Source: Chloroflexota bacterium (GTDB taxonomy: Bacteria; Chloroflexota; UBA11872). From it: a DNA stretch of 64,000 bases. The stretch is taken from positions 6,827-70,826 of the forward strand of contig JAPPLN010000010.1 in the NCBI GenBank assembly GCA_028874175.1, in the 5' to 3' direction. The position numbers were made by a program, and so were the translations under genes. Under the pieces are notes generated by a model that had not been told where the DNA came from, made no database searches, and saw only the letters and a program-made list of their open reading frames with translations. The first letter of the stretch is position 1. Each line of letters opens with the position of its first letter. Below, in pieces: positions 53,425 to 62,906 of this stretch.

Positions 53425-55358
53425 TTCTGGCCCGCGTTCTGCTCCGTCGCTGAGGATTCCTCGGCCGGCGGTTGGTCGTCGTTCGCCGGCGCGCCTTCGC
53501 CTTGCGACTCGGCCTCTGCTTCGGCCTGGGCCTCGGCGTACGCGGGCACCAGGTTCGGATCGAAGTTGCCGTCCTCGTCCTGGCCGACCTCCCAGCGCTC
53601 CGCCCAGGGTAGGAAGATCGAGGGAAATCGGTCCTTGAACAGGACATGGCCGCCCAGCATGACCTGGCGGGTGATCACCGTCCGCAAGCCGGGGATCGCG
53701 CTGTCGGTCTTCTCGATCTCACCCGGCGGCAGTTCCGTCGTGGGTTCCACGCGCAGCGGCGGGGGTTCGATCTCCTCGCCCTTCCAGGCGTCCAGCCTCA
53801 CTTCACGCTGGAGCGACGGCCCCATCAGCCTGAACGTCAGCCGATGTCGTCGAGCGTCAAACTCGCGCCGGATCAGGATGTGATTCGGCGTGTCGTTGGT
53901 AAATGCCAGGTCCTGCGCCGGCTGCCAGATCGCCGCGTCGAACCCCGGCGGATTGCCGGGGCCAAGCTCGTAGTACCTGACCCGGTAGGCGTGTTGCCAG
54001 CGCTCGCTGATGGGCAGCCCGGCCCAGAACGCCGCCCGAAACAGCGTGGTCGACACCTGGCAGATACCGCCGCCGATGCCCGGCTCCGTGCGAGTCGGCG
54101 CGATCACCAGGCCTTCCACGAACCCGTTGCCCTCGGTTATCGGCCCCACCGTAGCGTTGAAGGAGAACGTTTCGCCGGGCGGTATCACCGTGCCGTCGAT
54201 CAGCCGCGACCCGTTGTCGATGTTGTGGATGCGGTTGTCGCTGGAGCCGGCAAAGCGAGACTCGCCTTCCGCGATCAGGTTGTCGAACCGCAACTCGCTC
54301 GCGCTCACCCGGGTGATCGAGGGCTGGATGGTCACGAGCGGAACACTCACCCGCTGCTGCCCGCTGTCGAAGGCTGTCTGGACTCGCGACCAGAGACGCT
54401 CGGCGTCGATTGTGCGGCCGGGCGTGCCCTGAACCAGCGGCACCACGTCGCCGTTCGCGTTCACGCGGATCTTCGGCTCCACGGCTGCAACCCGCAGCGT
54501 GTCCGCGATCTCGCGCGCCACCTGCTCAAAGGCCCGATAGCTCACATCCACGTTGATCTCGGGCGCCGTGGGCGGCCCGACCACGCGCATGTCCTGGGCC
54601 AGGTCCTCGCGCGCAATCGACCACCGGTGACCTGGCGCGATCAGTTCGATGTGTCCCTCCATCAGCTCGCGCGCGCGTTCGGACGCGGGCGTCAGGTCGG
54701 CTGTCGCGACCTGGGGCGCAAGCGAGCGCGACTGCAAATCAATCATCAGCCGCTGGGGCGTGTCGAACCGTCGGCTCATTACCGCCAGCACGTCCGCCGG
54801 TACCAGTTCGCGACCTTCGCTCGACGGGTAGACCCGGGCGATGCGTTGGCCGCCCTGGGTTTCGATCCGCAGTGCGGCGTCGGTCGGCGCCTGCGCAATC
54901 TCGGCGGCAATGCGCTCCACGTACTCCGCAAAGGCATGCGGGTCGAGACTGACGGAGGTTCGCCAGTCTCGCGGCGCTTCCAGGGTCTGCCGCTGCTGGC
55001 GCAGACGCGTGTCCCAGCTACCCAGCCGCCCCCAGGCGTAGGCCTGCGCCAGCGGCGTGGCGTAGTCGACCTCGATGCCGACTTCATCACCTGTGGGGTT
55101 CCACGTTCGCCCATCCAGTCGAAAGAGCACCGGAGCATCGCGAAACTTGTCCCAACGCGCCGACAGCCGGGCGTGCGCTTCGGCCCGTGTCAGACCGCCC
55201 ACGTCTTCGCCGTCCAGCCGCACGCCCGGATAGAACCGGCTTGCGTAGCGCGCCTCGCCCACCGCCACGAACGTGGCGGCGCCGGCGACGGCTGCTGCCA
55301 CGCTGCCGACCACGCCGGACCCGGCAAACAGCAGGATGGTGCGTCGACTGAGGTTCAT
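53421..55358 (-). CDS. VanW-family protein with N-terminal membrane anchor
   Basis: ATG 55358 (MNLSRRTILLFAGSGVV) inside ORF 53421..55397. PPGETFSFNATVGP, GGGICQVSTTLFRAAFWAGL. Acidic low-complexity C-terminal tail. Confidence 0.85.
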   Translation of the reverse strand: MNLSRRTILLFAGSGVVGSVAAAVAGAATFVAVGEARYASRFYPGVRLDGEDVGGLTRAEAHARLSARWDKFRDAPVLFRLDGRTWNPTGDEVGIEVDYATPLAQAYAWGRLGSWDTRLRQQRQTLEAPRDWRTSVSLDPHAFAEYVERIAAEIAQAPTDAALRIETQGGQRIARVYPSSEGRELVPADVLAVMSRRFDTPQRLMIDLQSRSLAPQVATADLTPASERARELMEGHIELIAPGHRWSIAREDLAQDMRVVGPPTAPEINVDVSYRAFEQVAREIADTLRVAAVEPKIRVNANGDVVPLVQGTPGRTIDAERLWSRVQTAFDSGQQRVSVPLVTIQPSITRVSASELRFDNLIAEGESRFAGSSDNRIHNIDNGSRLIDGTVIPPGETFSFNATVGPITEGNGFVEGLVIAPTRTEPGIGGGICQVSTTLFRAAFWAGLPISERWQHAYRVRYYELGPGNPPGFDAAIWQPAQDLAFTNDTPNHILIRREFDARRHRLTFRLMGPSLQREVRLDAWKGEEIEPPPLRVEPTTELPPGEIEKTDSAIPGLRTVITRQVMLGGHVLFKDRFPSIFLPWAERWEVGQDEDGNFDPNLVPAYAEAQAEAEAESQGEGAPANDDQPPAEESSATEQNAGQN

Positions 55359-55572
55359 GAAATGTGGGCCGGCCGCGCGGCAAACATGTGCGGCCACGCT
55401 GCCTCAACTATAGGCGTCGTTCCAGGAGGGGCTACGGAATTGCCGCACGACACGGAGCGCCCGGCACAGGCGCCTGTGCTATCGTCGGCGGTGCCGACCT
55501 ACCGGTTGGCGCCCCCCGTCGCGACCCTTTGTTTGTGGCGTCCCACGCCGTTCGTTCTCCGGCATTGCACCC

Positions 55573-55920
55573 ATGGCGACTCTCATCCAGGAACTCGAAA
55601 AGACCTACCTCAAGCCCGACGTGCCCGACTTCAGAGTCGGCGATACCGTGCGCGTGCATGTAAAAGTGCGCGAGGGCGAGCGCGAGCGCGTCCAGGTGTT
55701 CGAAGGCACGGTCATCCGGCGCCGCGCGGGAGGCGTCAACGAGAACTTTACGGTCCGACGCGTTTCCGGCGGCGTCGGCGTGGAACGCACGTTCCTCTTG
55801 CACTCCCCGATCGTGGATGACATCCAGGTCGTCCGCTACGGCAAGGCCCGCCGGGCCAAGCTCTACTACCTGCGCGACCGGGTCGGCCGGGCGGCGCGTG
55901 TCAAAGAGCGGCGCGCCTAG
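55573..55920 (+). CDS. rplS: 50S ribosomal protein L19
   Basis: [31 protein letters not shown]...[16 protein letters not shown]. Confidence 0.95.
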   Translation: MATLIQELEKTYLKPDVPDFRVGDTVRVHVKVREGERERVQVFEGTVIRRRAGGVNENFTVRRVSGGVGVERTFLLHSPIVDDIQVVRYGKARRAKLYYLRDRVGRAARVKERRA

Positions 55921-55989
55921 CGGGCGCGGGAGGCCAGACCAGTCCCCACCCTCCCGCTCAGGCTCCCACCGCCGCACCGGGAACGCCGG

Positions 55990-56616
55990 TTGCTGCGGGA
56001 GGGGCATCGCCTGATCGCGGGGGTTGACGAAGCCGGACGCGGCGCCTGGGCGGGCCCGCTGACCGCCGCCGCGGTCATCCTGCCGCCCGTTGCCTACGCT
56101 GACCCCCGGCTGTTCGCGGGCGTAGCCGACTCCAAGCAGCTTTCGCCCCGCGCCCGCGAGCGCCTCGCCCGCCTGATTCACGCCCGCGCCGCCGCGGTCG
56201 GCGTCGCCCATACCTCCCCGCGTGAAATCGACGAGTCCGGCATTGCCGCCGCCGGCCGCCTGACCATGCACCGCGCGCTTGACCGCCTCGCGCTTGATCC
56301 CGATCACGTAATCGTGGACGCCTTTCCGCTGGACGCCGCCAGCCGGTTCGCCAACCGACAGACGGCCGTCATCCGGGCCGACGCCACCTGCCTGGCTGTC
56401 GCTGCCGCCTCAATCTGCGCCAAGGTCGCCCGCGACCATCTGATGCGGCAGCTCAGCCGCCGCTTTCCTGACTTTGCCTTCGACCGCAATAAGGGCTACG
56501 GCACCGCCCGCCACCGCGCCGCGTTACAGGCGCTGGGGCCGATTTCGCTGCACCGTCAGAGTTTCGCTCCCGTTCGACAGGCCAATGCCGCGCATTCCCT
56601 GGCCCTGGCGGTCTAG
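55990..56616 (+). CDS. rnhB: Ribonuclease HII
   Basis: TTG start. IAGVDEAGRGAWAGPL, DSKQLS, ASICAKVARD. Confidence 0.9.
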   Translation: MLREGHRLIAGVDEAGRGAWAGPLTAAAVILPPVAYADPRLFAGVADSKQLSPRARERLARLIHARAAAVGVAHTSPREIDESGIAAAGRLTMHRALDRLALDPDHVIVDAFPLDAASRFANRQTAVIRADATCLAVAAASICAKVARDHLMRQLSRRFPDFAFDRNKGYGTARHRAALQALGPISLHRQSFAPVRQANAAHSLALAV

Positions 56617-56989
56617 GCGCCGTGCGCCGACCGAGCGCACAGAACTCGGCCGCTGGGGCGAAGATCTGGCAACGCGCGAACTCAAGCGCCGCAAGTACCG
56701 CATCCTGGGCCGCAATGTTCGAGTGGGCCGAGGCGAGCTCGATATCGTCGCCGCAGACCGCGACGAAACCGTGTTCGTGGAGGTCAAGACGCGGCGCGAT
56801 CAGACCTTTGGCGGAGCGCGCGCCGCGCTTACGCACGCCAAGAGCCGTCGGTTGGAGCGTCTGGCCCAGACCTACCTGCGCCAACATCCCGACCGCGCGG
56901 GCCCGTATCGTATCGATGTCGTCGCCATTGACGTTGACCCTACGGGCGACTACACCGTGGACGTGATACCGAATGCCGTGCAGCTCTGA
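56585..56989 (+). CDS. YraN-family (UPF0102) endonuclease-like protein
   Basis: ATG 56585 inside ORF 56474..56989. GEDLATRELKRRKYRILGRNVRVGRGELDIVA...VFVEVKTR. Confidence 0.8.
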   Translation: MPRIPWPWRSRRRAPTERTELGRWGEDLATRELKRRKYRILGRNVRVGRGELDIVAADRDETVFVEVKTRRDQTFGGARAALTHAKSRRLERLAQTYLRQHPDRAGPYRIDVVAIDVDPTGDYTVDVIPNAVQL

Positions 56990-57034
56990 CGCCCTGCTGT
57001 TGATGCCCCCGAGGGCCAAGAAAATATCCGCCCG

Positions 57035-58672
57035 ATGACGACGCCGCGGTGGGCTTCGACAACCCCGGCTGGTCGCTGGCTCGGGCACTGGGCGCGTCGT
57101 GCGGCCTTACTGGCAGTGCTGGTTCTCATGGCGCTCGCCGCAGCTGCACCGGCCCGTGCCGATACCCATGACTACCCGGTCGAGGGCGGACGCCTGTTCA
57201 CCCAAGCCGCTGACTCCGACGTTCCCGACGCCGGATTCGCCGTCACCGACGCCGGCGGGCTCCCATTCTGGACCGAGTTTCAGCGCCTGGGCGGCGTCCA
57301 AGCCCTCGGCTACCCCATCTCGCGGCGCTTTGTCTGGGACGGCTTCACCGTCCAGGTCTTCCAGAAGGTCGTGTTGCAGTGGCAGCCGGAATTCAACGGC
57401 TTTGCGTTCGTCAACGTGTTCGACCGGCTCACTTTGGAAGGCTACGACCACACCCTTGAGGATCTGTTGGTCCCGCCATCGGAGAATTTCGATGAAGCGG
57501 GCCTTACGTGGGACCAGATCATCGCCAGCCGGCAGGGCCTGCTGAACGCCAATCCCGCCCTCCGCAACGTCTACTTCGCCGTGGACGACCCGTTGCGCTG
57601 GTACGGGCTGCCCACGTCGCACGTGGTGACCTACGAGCACGTGCACACGATCAGGCTGCAACGCGCGGTCCTGCAGCAATGGCTGGTTGATCTGCCCTGG
57701 GCTTCGGCGGGCGAAGTCACGGTCGCCAACGGCGGCGATCTGGCCCGCGGGGCCGGGATATTCCCGGCTGCGGTCCTGGTGCCCGAGGTTTGGCACCGTC
57801 TCGGTGGACCCGCGCCGCCACCGGCCCCCGCGCCGACTCCAAGCCCCACTCCCGTCGCCACGCCGCAACCCACGGTCGCGCCACCTCAGCCCGCGCCCCC
57901 GCCACCCCAGCAGGTGGACCTCCTCGGCCCTGTCACCGCCTTGCGCGCGGTCCTGGGCCTGCCGTCGCTGATCGTCAGCCCCGAACTCATGCGGGCGGCC
58001 CAGGGTCATGCCGACTACTACATCACCCACCGGGACGACCCGAACTCCGGCGGCCTGCACACCCAGGTGTTCGGCTATTCCGGCTTCACCGGCCGCACCA
58101 TCGGCGACCGCGCCCGTGCCGCGGGGTACCAGCTGGGCTGGGTTGACGAAGTCTTCGCCTTCTTCACACCCGCGGACACGCTGGCCTGGGCCCTCGAAAC
58201 CGTCTGGCACCGCTACATGTACGTCCATCCCTCCGCCGTCCACATCGGCTATGGAACGGCGACTGGCGGCGGCACCACCGTGACCGTGTTCAACGTGGGG
58301 TTGTCGCCGGCGCACACCGCTAATGCGCCCCTGCCTGTCGTGGTCCCGTTCAACGGTGCGACTGACGTGCCGCGCAGCTGGGCCGGCTGGGAAGCGCCCA
58401 ACCCGGCGCCGGGCGCCCTTCGCCCCTTCGGACCGCCCGTATCGCTGCAATTCGGCCTGGGCGACGAGGTCACCTGGGACGAGGCCGCCCTCTACGGACC
58501 GGGCGGCGCGCTCGTCACCACGGCCCGCACCACCAGCGAGTGGCGGCGCGCTCTGTCACTCGTGCCGCACGACCCCCTGGCTCCGGCCACCACCTACACC
58601 GTCCGCGTTAGCGGAACCCGTGACGGCGCGCCATTCCAGGTCGAGTCCAGCTTTACCACGCGCGCGGCCTAA
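57035..58672 (+). CDS. Secreted protein with Pro-rich linker, CAP/SCP domain and C-terminal Ig-like domain
   Basis: Signal peptide ending APARA. PAPPPAPAPTPSPTP linker. MRAAQGHADYYITH...TVWHRYMYVHP (CAP-like). C-terminal TTYTVRVSGT beta-rich end. Confidence 0.65.
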   Translation: MTTPRWASTTPAGRWLGHWARRAALLAVLVLMALAAAAPARADTHDYPVEGGRLFTQAADSDVPDAGFAVTDAGGLPFWTEFQRLGGVQALGYPISRRFVWDGFTVQVFQKVVLQWQPEFNGFAFVNVFDRLTLEGYDHTLEDLLVPPSENFDEAGLTWDQIIASRQGLLNANPALRNVYFAVDDPLRWYGLPTSHVVTYEHVHTIRLQRAVLQQWLVDLPWASAGEVTVANGGDLARGAGIFPAAVLVPEVWHRLGGPAPPPAPAPTPSPTPVATPQPTVAPPQPAPPPPQQVDLLGPVTALRAVLGLPSLIVSPELMRAAQGHADYYITHRDDPNSGGLHTQVFGYSGFTGRTIGDRARAAGYQLGWVDEVFAFFTPADTLAWALETVWHRYMYVHPSAVHIGYGTATGGGTTVTVFNVGLSPAHTANAPLPVVVPFNGATDVPRSWAGWEAPNPAPGALRPFGPPVSLQFGLGDEVTWDEAALYGPGGALVTTARTTSEWRRALSLVPHDPLAPATTYTVRVSGTRDGAPFQVESSFTTRAA

Positions 58673-58718
58673 CCGTCCGTAGAATGACGCCATTCCACCC
58701 CCGGTTGGCGGTCCCTCT

Positions 58719-59330
58719 ATGCACCTGATCTCCGAGCTTGGCCACTGGGTGCTGGCCTGGGGCGATTCACCCTGGGGCGGCCTCGCCCTCTTCGTCCTGG
58801 CCTTCTGGGAGTCCAGCTTTTTTCCCATCCCGCCGGACGGCCTGATGATCGCGCTGGCCGCTGGCAACCTTCAGTTCGCGCTGGGGTTTTCGGCCATCGC
58901 GACCGTCGGATCGCTCCTCGGCGCAATGCTCGGCTACTGGATCGGCCTGCGCGGCGGCCGACCGCTGCTGAACCGCCTCTTCGCCCACGAGCGCATCCTC
59001 TACGTCGAGCGCCAATACCAGCGTCGCGACGTCTGGGCCGTCACCATCGCCGCCTTCACCCCTATCCCCTACAAGGTCTTCGCCATCGGCGCCGGCGCCT
59101 TTCGGCTCAACTTCCGCCGCTTCATGCTGGCCTCCCTCGTGGGACGCGGCGGGCGCTTTTTCCTGGTTGGGATCCTGATGACGATTTTCGGCACGCAGGT
59201 CGAAGCCGTCATCGACGAGTACTTCGACATCCTGGCCATCGCCTTCGTCGTGCTCCTGATCCTCGGCTTCGTGGTCATCCGCTTCGTCATGCGCCCGCGC
59301 GCCGCGGCGGCCGACGCCTCGACCGACTAA
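58719..59330 (+). CDS. DedA/YqaA (VTT-domain) membrane protein
   Basis: FWESSFFPIPPD, LGYWIGLRGGRPLL, FTPIPYKVFAIGAG. Confidence 0.8.
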   Translation: MHLISELGHWVLAWGDSPWGGLALFVLAFWESSFFPIPPDGLMIALAAGNLQFALGFSAIATVGSLLGAMLGYWIGLRGGRPLLNRLFAHERILYVERQYQRRDVWAVTIAAFTPIPYKVFAIGAGAFRLNFRRFMLASLVGRGGRFFLVGILMTIFGTQVEAVIDEYFDILAIAFVVLLILGFVVIRFVMRPRAAAADASTD

Positions 59331-59334
59331 CCCC

Positions 59335-59751
59335 GTGCCTGCGCCGAGCCGCTACGCTGTGGCGGCCGACGTTGTGGTCATTGCCGAAACGCCGGAACCC
59401 TCGGTCCTGCTGATCCGCCGCCGCAATCCCCCGCTCGGCTGGGCCATCCCGGGCGGCTTCGTCGAGCCCGACGAAGATCTCATTGACGCCGCCCGCCGCG
59501 AGCTCCACGAGGAAACCGGCCTCGAACCCCCACGACTCGAACAGCTGGCCACCTTCGGCCACCCCGACCGCGACCCCCGTGGCCGCACCATTTCCGTCGT
59601 CTACGGCGCCCGCCTCCACCACGCCGCCCTCCCCGCCGCCGGCGACGACGCAGCCGCCGCCCGCTGGTTCCCCCTCACCGCCCTCCCCACCAGCCTCGCC
59701 TTTGACCACGCCACCATCCTGGCTCACGTCCTCGCGCGACTCGTGGATTGA
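59335..59751 (+). CDS. Nudix hydrolase
   Basis: GTG start. Nudix box GGFVEPDEDLIDAARRELHEETGL. Confidence 0.85.
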   Translation: MPAPSRYAVAADVVVIAETPEPSVLLIRRRNPPLGWAIPGGFVEPDEDLIDAARRELHEETGLEPPRLEQLATFGHPDRDPRGRTISVVYGARLHHAALPAAGDDAAAARWFPLTALPTSLAFDHATILAHVLARLVD

Positions 59752-59874
59752 ACGCGCCAGACTTCAAGAAGGCACGATTGACCCGAACCCGCCTGAGGAC
59801 TACCTTGGTCTCTATCTACTCCCCGCCCGCTGGACGGCGGCTTCAGCTCCGTCCCCGGGCGGGTGTTTTGTGTC

Positions 59875-60471
59875 ATGCGCACGATCGTATTTGTTGACGG
59901 CCAAAACCTCTTTCATTTGGCACGCAGGGCATGGGCGTCCAACAATCCCGTCGCCTCGTCGCCATACGCGTGGCCAAGTTACGACGTCGAAAAGCTCGCG
60001 CACGCCCTGGTAGCCAAGTCGCCTGGTCGGTCACTCGATGAGATTCGCTTCTACACAGGCGTGCCGGATCGAGGTGCCGGCTCTTCGCAGAGGCGCTGGC
60101 ACGGTTTCTGGTCCAACAAGCTCCGATTCTTGCGAAGCAGGAACATCTACGTGTATCGAGGAAGGGTAGGCGGTGGTGGCCAGGAAAAGGGTGTCGATGT
60201 CAGCCTGGCTTTGGACCTGGTTCGCGCTACCTACGAGCGCCGGTACGAAAGCGCGATCATCGTTAGCCAGGACTGGGACTTCGGACCTGCGGTGCGCTTG
60301 GCGAAGCTGATCGCCCAGTCTCAGAATCGCAGCCTCACCTTCGAGTCCGCATTTCCGGTCGGTCCCGGTAGCTCCTCACGCAGAGGTGTTCCCGGAACGA
60401 TCTGGGTTCCGATAGATCAGCTGACCTACGACGCCTGTCACGATCCAACGGACTACCGTCCGCGGCGATAG
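59875..60471 (+). CDS. NYN-domain (LabA-like) predicted ribonuclease
   Basis: ATG 59875 inside ORF 59863..60471. MRTIVFVDGQNLFH, EKGVDVSLALDLV, IIVSQDWDFGPAV. AT-richer than its neighbours by eye. Confidence 0.8.
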   Translation: MRTIVFVDGQNLFHLARRAWASNNPVASSPYAWPSYDVEKLAHALVAKSPGRSLDEIRFYTGVPDRGAGSSQRRWHGFWSNKLRFLRSRNIYVYRGRVGGGGQEKGVDVSLALDLVRATYERRYESAIIVSQDWDFGPAVRLAKLIAQSQNRSLTFESAFPVGPGSSSRRGVPGTIWVPIDQLTYDACHDPTDYRPRR

Positions 60472-60630
60472 CCAGCGGCTTGGCGGTCGATACAGCCGAC
60501 GGTCTCGGGTAGCCAACGCACTGGCGCACGTCTGTGGCTCAAGCGAATTAGGCGGTCGTGACCGCAACGGATAGCAGAAGCGCGACGCAGGTTGCCAGCG
60601 TCGCGGGTGCGCCGTAGCGTGCCTAATGTC

Positions 60631-62091
60631 ATGGCCGTTACAGCCAATACGCCCACTACATCCTCCGCCGCCCTGCTGGCCGACTTGCGGCGCATCGTCG
60701 GCGACGCCTGGCTCCTCTCCGACCCTGACGACCTGCTGCTCTACGAATACGACGGCTCCGTGGACCGCGCCCTGCCCGACGCCGTCGTGTTCCCCGACTC
60801 CACCCAACAGGTCCAGGCCGTCGTCCAATCCGCCCTGAAACATGGCGTGCCCGTCGTGGCGCGCGGCGCCGGCACCGGGCTCAGCGGCGGCGCCATCGCC
60901 CGCTGCGGCGGCGTCGTCGTCGCCACCTCCCGCATGAACCGCATCCTCGAAGTCGATACCCGCAACCGCCGCGCCGTGGTGGAACCGGGCGTCGTCAACG
61001 CCGACCTCAGCGCCCACACCCAACGCTTCGGCTTTCACTACGCCCCCGACCCCTCCAGCCAGTACGCCTGCACCATCGGCGGCAACATCGCCACCAACGC
61101 CGGGGGCCCCCACACCCTCCTCTACGGCGTCACCACCAACCACGTCTTGGGCATCGAGTTCGTCACCATGGACGGCCGCGTGGTCACCACCAGCGGGTTG
61201 CCGGACAGCCCCGGCTACGACCTGACCGGCCTGTTCTGCGGCAGCGAGGGCACCTTCGGCATCGTCACCCAGGCCGTCGTGCAACTGGTCCACACGCCCG
61301 CCGGCGTGCGCACGTTGCTGGCCTCATTCGACTCCGTGGCCGCCTGCAGCGCCGCCGTATCCGGCATCGTGGCGGCCGGCATCGTCCCCGCAGCCGTCGA
61401 GATGATGGACCAGCTCGCCCTCAAAGCCGTGTCCCAGTTCATCCCGAGAGCCAATCTCCCGGTGGACGCCGCCGCCGTCCTGCTACTTGATGTTGACGGC
61501 GTGCCCGCTGAACTGAAGGACCGCGAAGCCGAAATCCGCGACGTCCTCCTCGCCAACGAGGCCCGCGACATCCGCGTCGCCCAGAACGACGCCGAACGCA
61601 ACCTCTTCTGGCTGGGCCGCAAGAGCGCCTTCGGCGCCATGGGCCGCATCTCGCCCGACTACTACGTGCAGGACGGCGTCATCCCCCGCACCACCATCGC
61701 CCACGTGCTGGACGAGATTCGCCGCATCAGCCGGTCCTTCGACCTGCCCATCGCCAACGTCTTCCACGCCGGCGACGGCAACCTGCACCCCCTCTTGCTC
61801 TTCGACAACCGCGTCCCCGGCGAGCTGGATCGGGTTTTGGACGCCGGCACCGCCATCCTGCAGGTCTGCGTGGACGTCGGCGGCATGCTCAGCGGCGAGC
61901 ACGGCATCGGCATGGAAAAACAGGCCGCCATGCCCCTGGTCTACTGCCCCCACGACCTGGACGCCATGCGCTGCGTCCAGCAGGTCTTCGACCCGCACGC
62001 CCTCTTCAACCCCAACAAGATCCTCCCCGCCCCCGTCGGCTGCGCCGAAGTCAACAACCTGCGCCGCTCGGCCTCGGAGGCCTCCGCCTGA
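60631..62091 (+). CDS. FAD-linked oxidase (GlcD/D-lactate dehydrogenase family)
   Basis: ATG 60631 inside ORF 60592..62091. VVARGAGTGLSGGA (FAD-binding PCMH), SGEHGIGMEK. Confidence 0.85.
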   Translation: MAVTANTPTTSSAALLADLRRIVGDAWLLSDPDDLLLYEYDGSVDRALPDAVVFPDSTQQVQAVVQSALKHGVPVVARGAGTGLSGGAIARCGGVVVATSRMNRILEVDTRNRRAVVEPGVVNADLSAHTQRFGFHYAPDPSSQYACTIGGNIATNAGGPHTLLYGVTTNHVLGIEFVTMDGRVVTTSGLPDSPGYDLTGLFCGSEGTFGIVTQAVVQLVHTPAGVRTLLASFDSVAACSAAVSGIVAAGIVPAAVEMMDQLALKAVSQFIPRANLPVDAAAVLLLDVDGVPAELKDREAEIRDVLLANEARDIRVAQNDAERNLFWLGRKSAFGAMGRISPDYYVQDGVIPRTTIAHVLDEIRRISRSFDLPIANVFHAGDGNLHPLLLFDNRVPGELDRVLDAGTAILQVCVDVGGMLSGEHGIGMEKQAAMPLVYCPHDLDAMRCVQQVFDPHALFNPNKILPAPVGCAEVNNLRRSASEASA

Positions 62092-62159
62092 GTCCAGCCT
62101 CGCGGCGGCGGCGCCCCCGCCTCGCCGCCATCCTGCTCGCCGCCGGCGAGTCCACCCGC

Positions 62160-62741
62160 ATGGGCCGTCCCAAGGCCCTGCTGCCCTGGGGCGGCGTGCC
62201 CCTGATTCGCCACCACGTGGACCTGCTTACGGCCCAGCCCGCCATCGACCAGCTCATCGTCGTCGTCGGAAACCTTCAGGACGAAGTGCGCCACGCGCTG
62301 CAAGGCACGCCGGCCCGCGTCATCGTCAATCCCCGCTATCGCGAGGGCCGCGCCACCTCGCTGGCCGCGGGCGCACGCGCGCTGGAGAACCAGCCAGCCA
62401 GCGTTCTCGTGGTCAACGTCGATCAGCCGCTCGCCGCCAACCTGCTCGACCCCCTCGTCGCCGCCTGGCGCACCGAGCCCGCCGCCCTCTGGCGGCCCAG
62501 CTACCACGGTCGCGGCGGCCACCCCCTCATCGTCCCCGCCGACGTCACCCCCGAACTCCAACAGGTCACCGAAGCCACCCAGGGCCTGCGCGCCGTCGTC
62601 ACCCGCCACCGCCAGCGCCTCCGCTCCGTGCCAGTGGACTCCAAACTCGCCGTCCTCAACCTCAACACCCCCGCCGACTACGCCGCCGCTCAACCCTCCA
62701 GCCACCCCGCCCCATCGCCTAAACTGTCGGCGGGCCCATAG
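62160..62741 (+). CDS. MobA-like nucleotidyltransferase (molybdenum cofactor cytidylyl/guanylyl-transferase family)
   Basis: MGRPKALLPWGG... The conserved N-terminal LAAILLAAGESTR continues in frame upstream of ATG 62160 back to about 62118 with no ATG/GTG/TTG. The true start is therefore unresolved (5' coordinate is a minimum). Confidence 0.65.
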   Translation: MGRPKALLPWGGVPLIRHHVDLLTAQPAIDQLIVVVGNLQDEVRHALQGTPARVIVNPRYREGRATSLAAGARALENQPASVLVVNVDQPLAANLLDPLVAAWRTEPAALWRPSYHGRGGHPLIVPADVTPELQQVTEATQGLRAVVTRHRQRLRSVPVDSKLAVLNLNTPADYAAAQPSSHPAPSPKLSAGP

Positions 62742-62804
62742 CTCAGCTGGAAGAGCGCCTCAATGGCATTGAGGAGGTCGTCGGTTCGAATCCGATTGGG
62801 TCCA
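62732..62804 (+). tRNA. tRNA-Ala (anticodon GGC)
   Basis: GGGCCCA-TA-GCTC-AGCTGGAA-GAGC-G-CCTCA-ATGGCAT-TGAGG-AGGTC-GTCGG-TTCGAAT-CCGAT-TGGGTCC-A. G3.U70 Ala identity pair is present. CCA is not fully encoded (ACCG). Confidence 0.9.
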
Positions 62805-62906
62805 CCGACGACACAGGCCCATCACTAGATTCCAACGGGTTTCCTTCAGCGGCCACGCGTAGCATGGGCGCCTGGGGATAGGCAACGAATCCGAAATGGC
62901 TCAACC

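Noticed and set aside
53646-55820. 724-aa plus ORF, the second-longest in the window
   Set aside because: Antisense to the VanW gene, and it runs into rplS out of frame. Arg/Gly/Pro/Ala low-complexity composition; no motifs.
57107-58450. 447-aa minus ORF
   Set aside because: Antisense shadow of the secreted CAP-domain protein gene.
60376-62705. Minus ORFs 60376..61293 and 61941..62705 (Gly/Ala/Asp/Val-rich)
   Set aside because: Antisense shadows of the FAD-oxidase and MobA-like genes.
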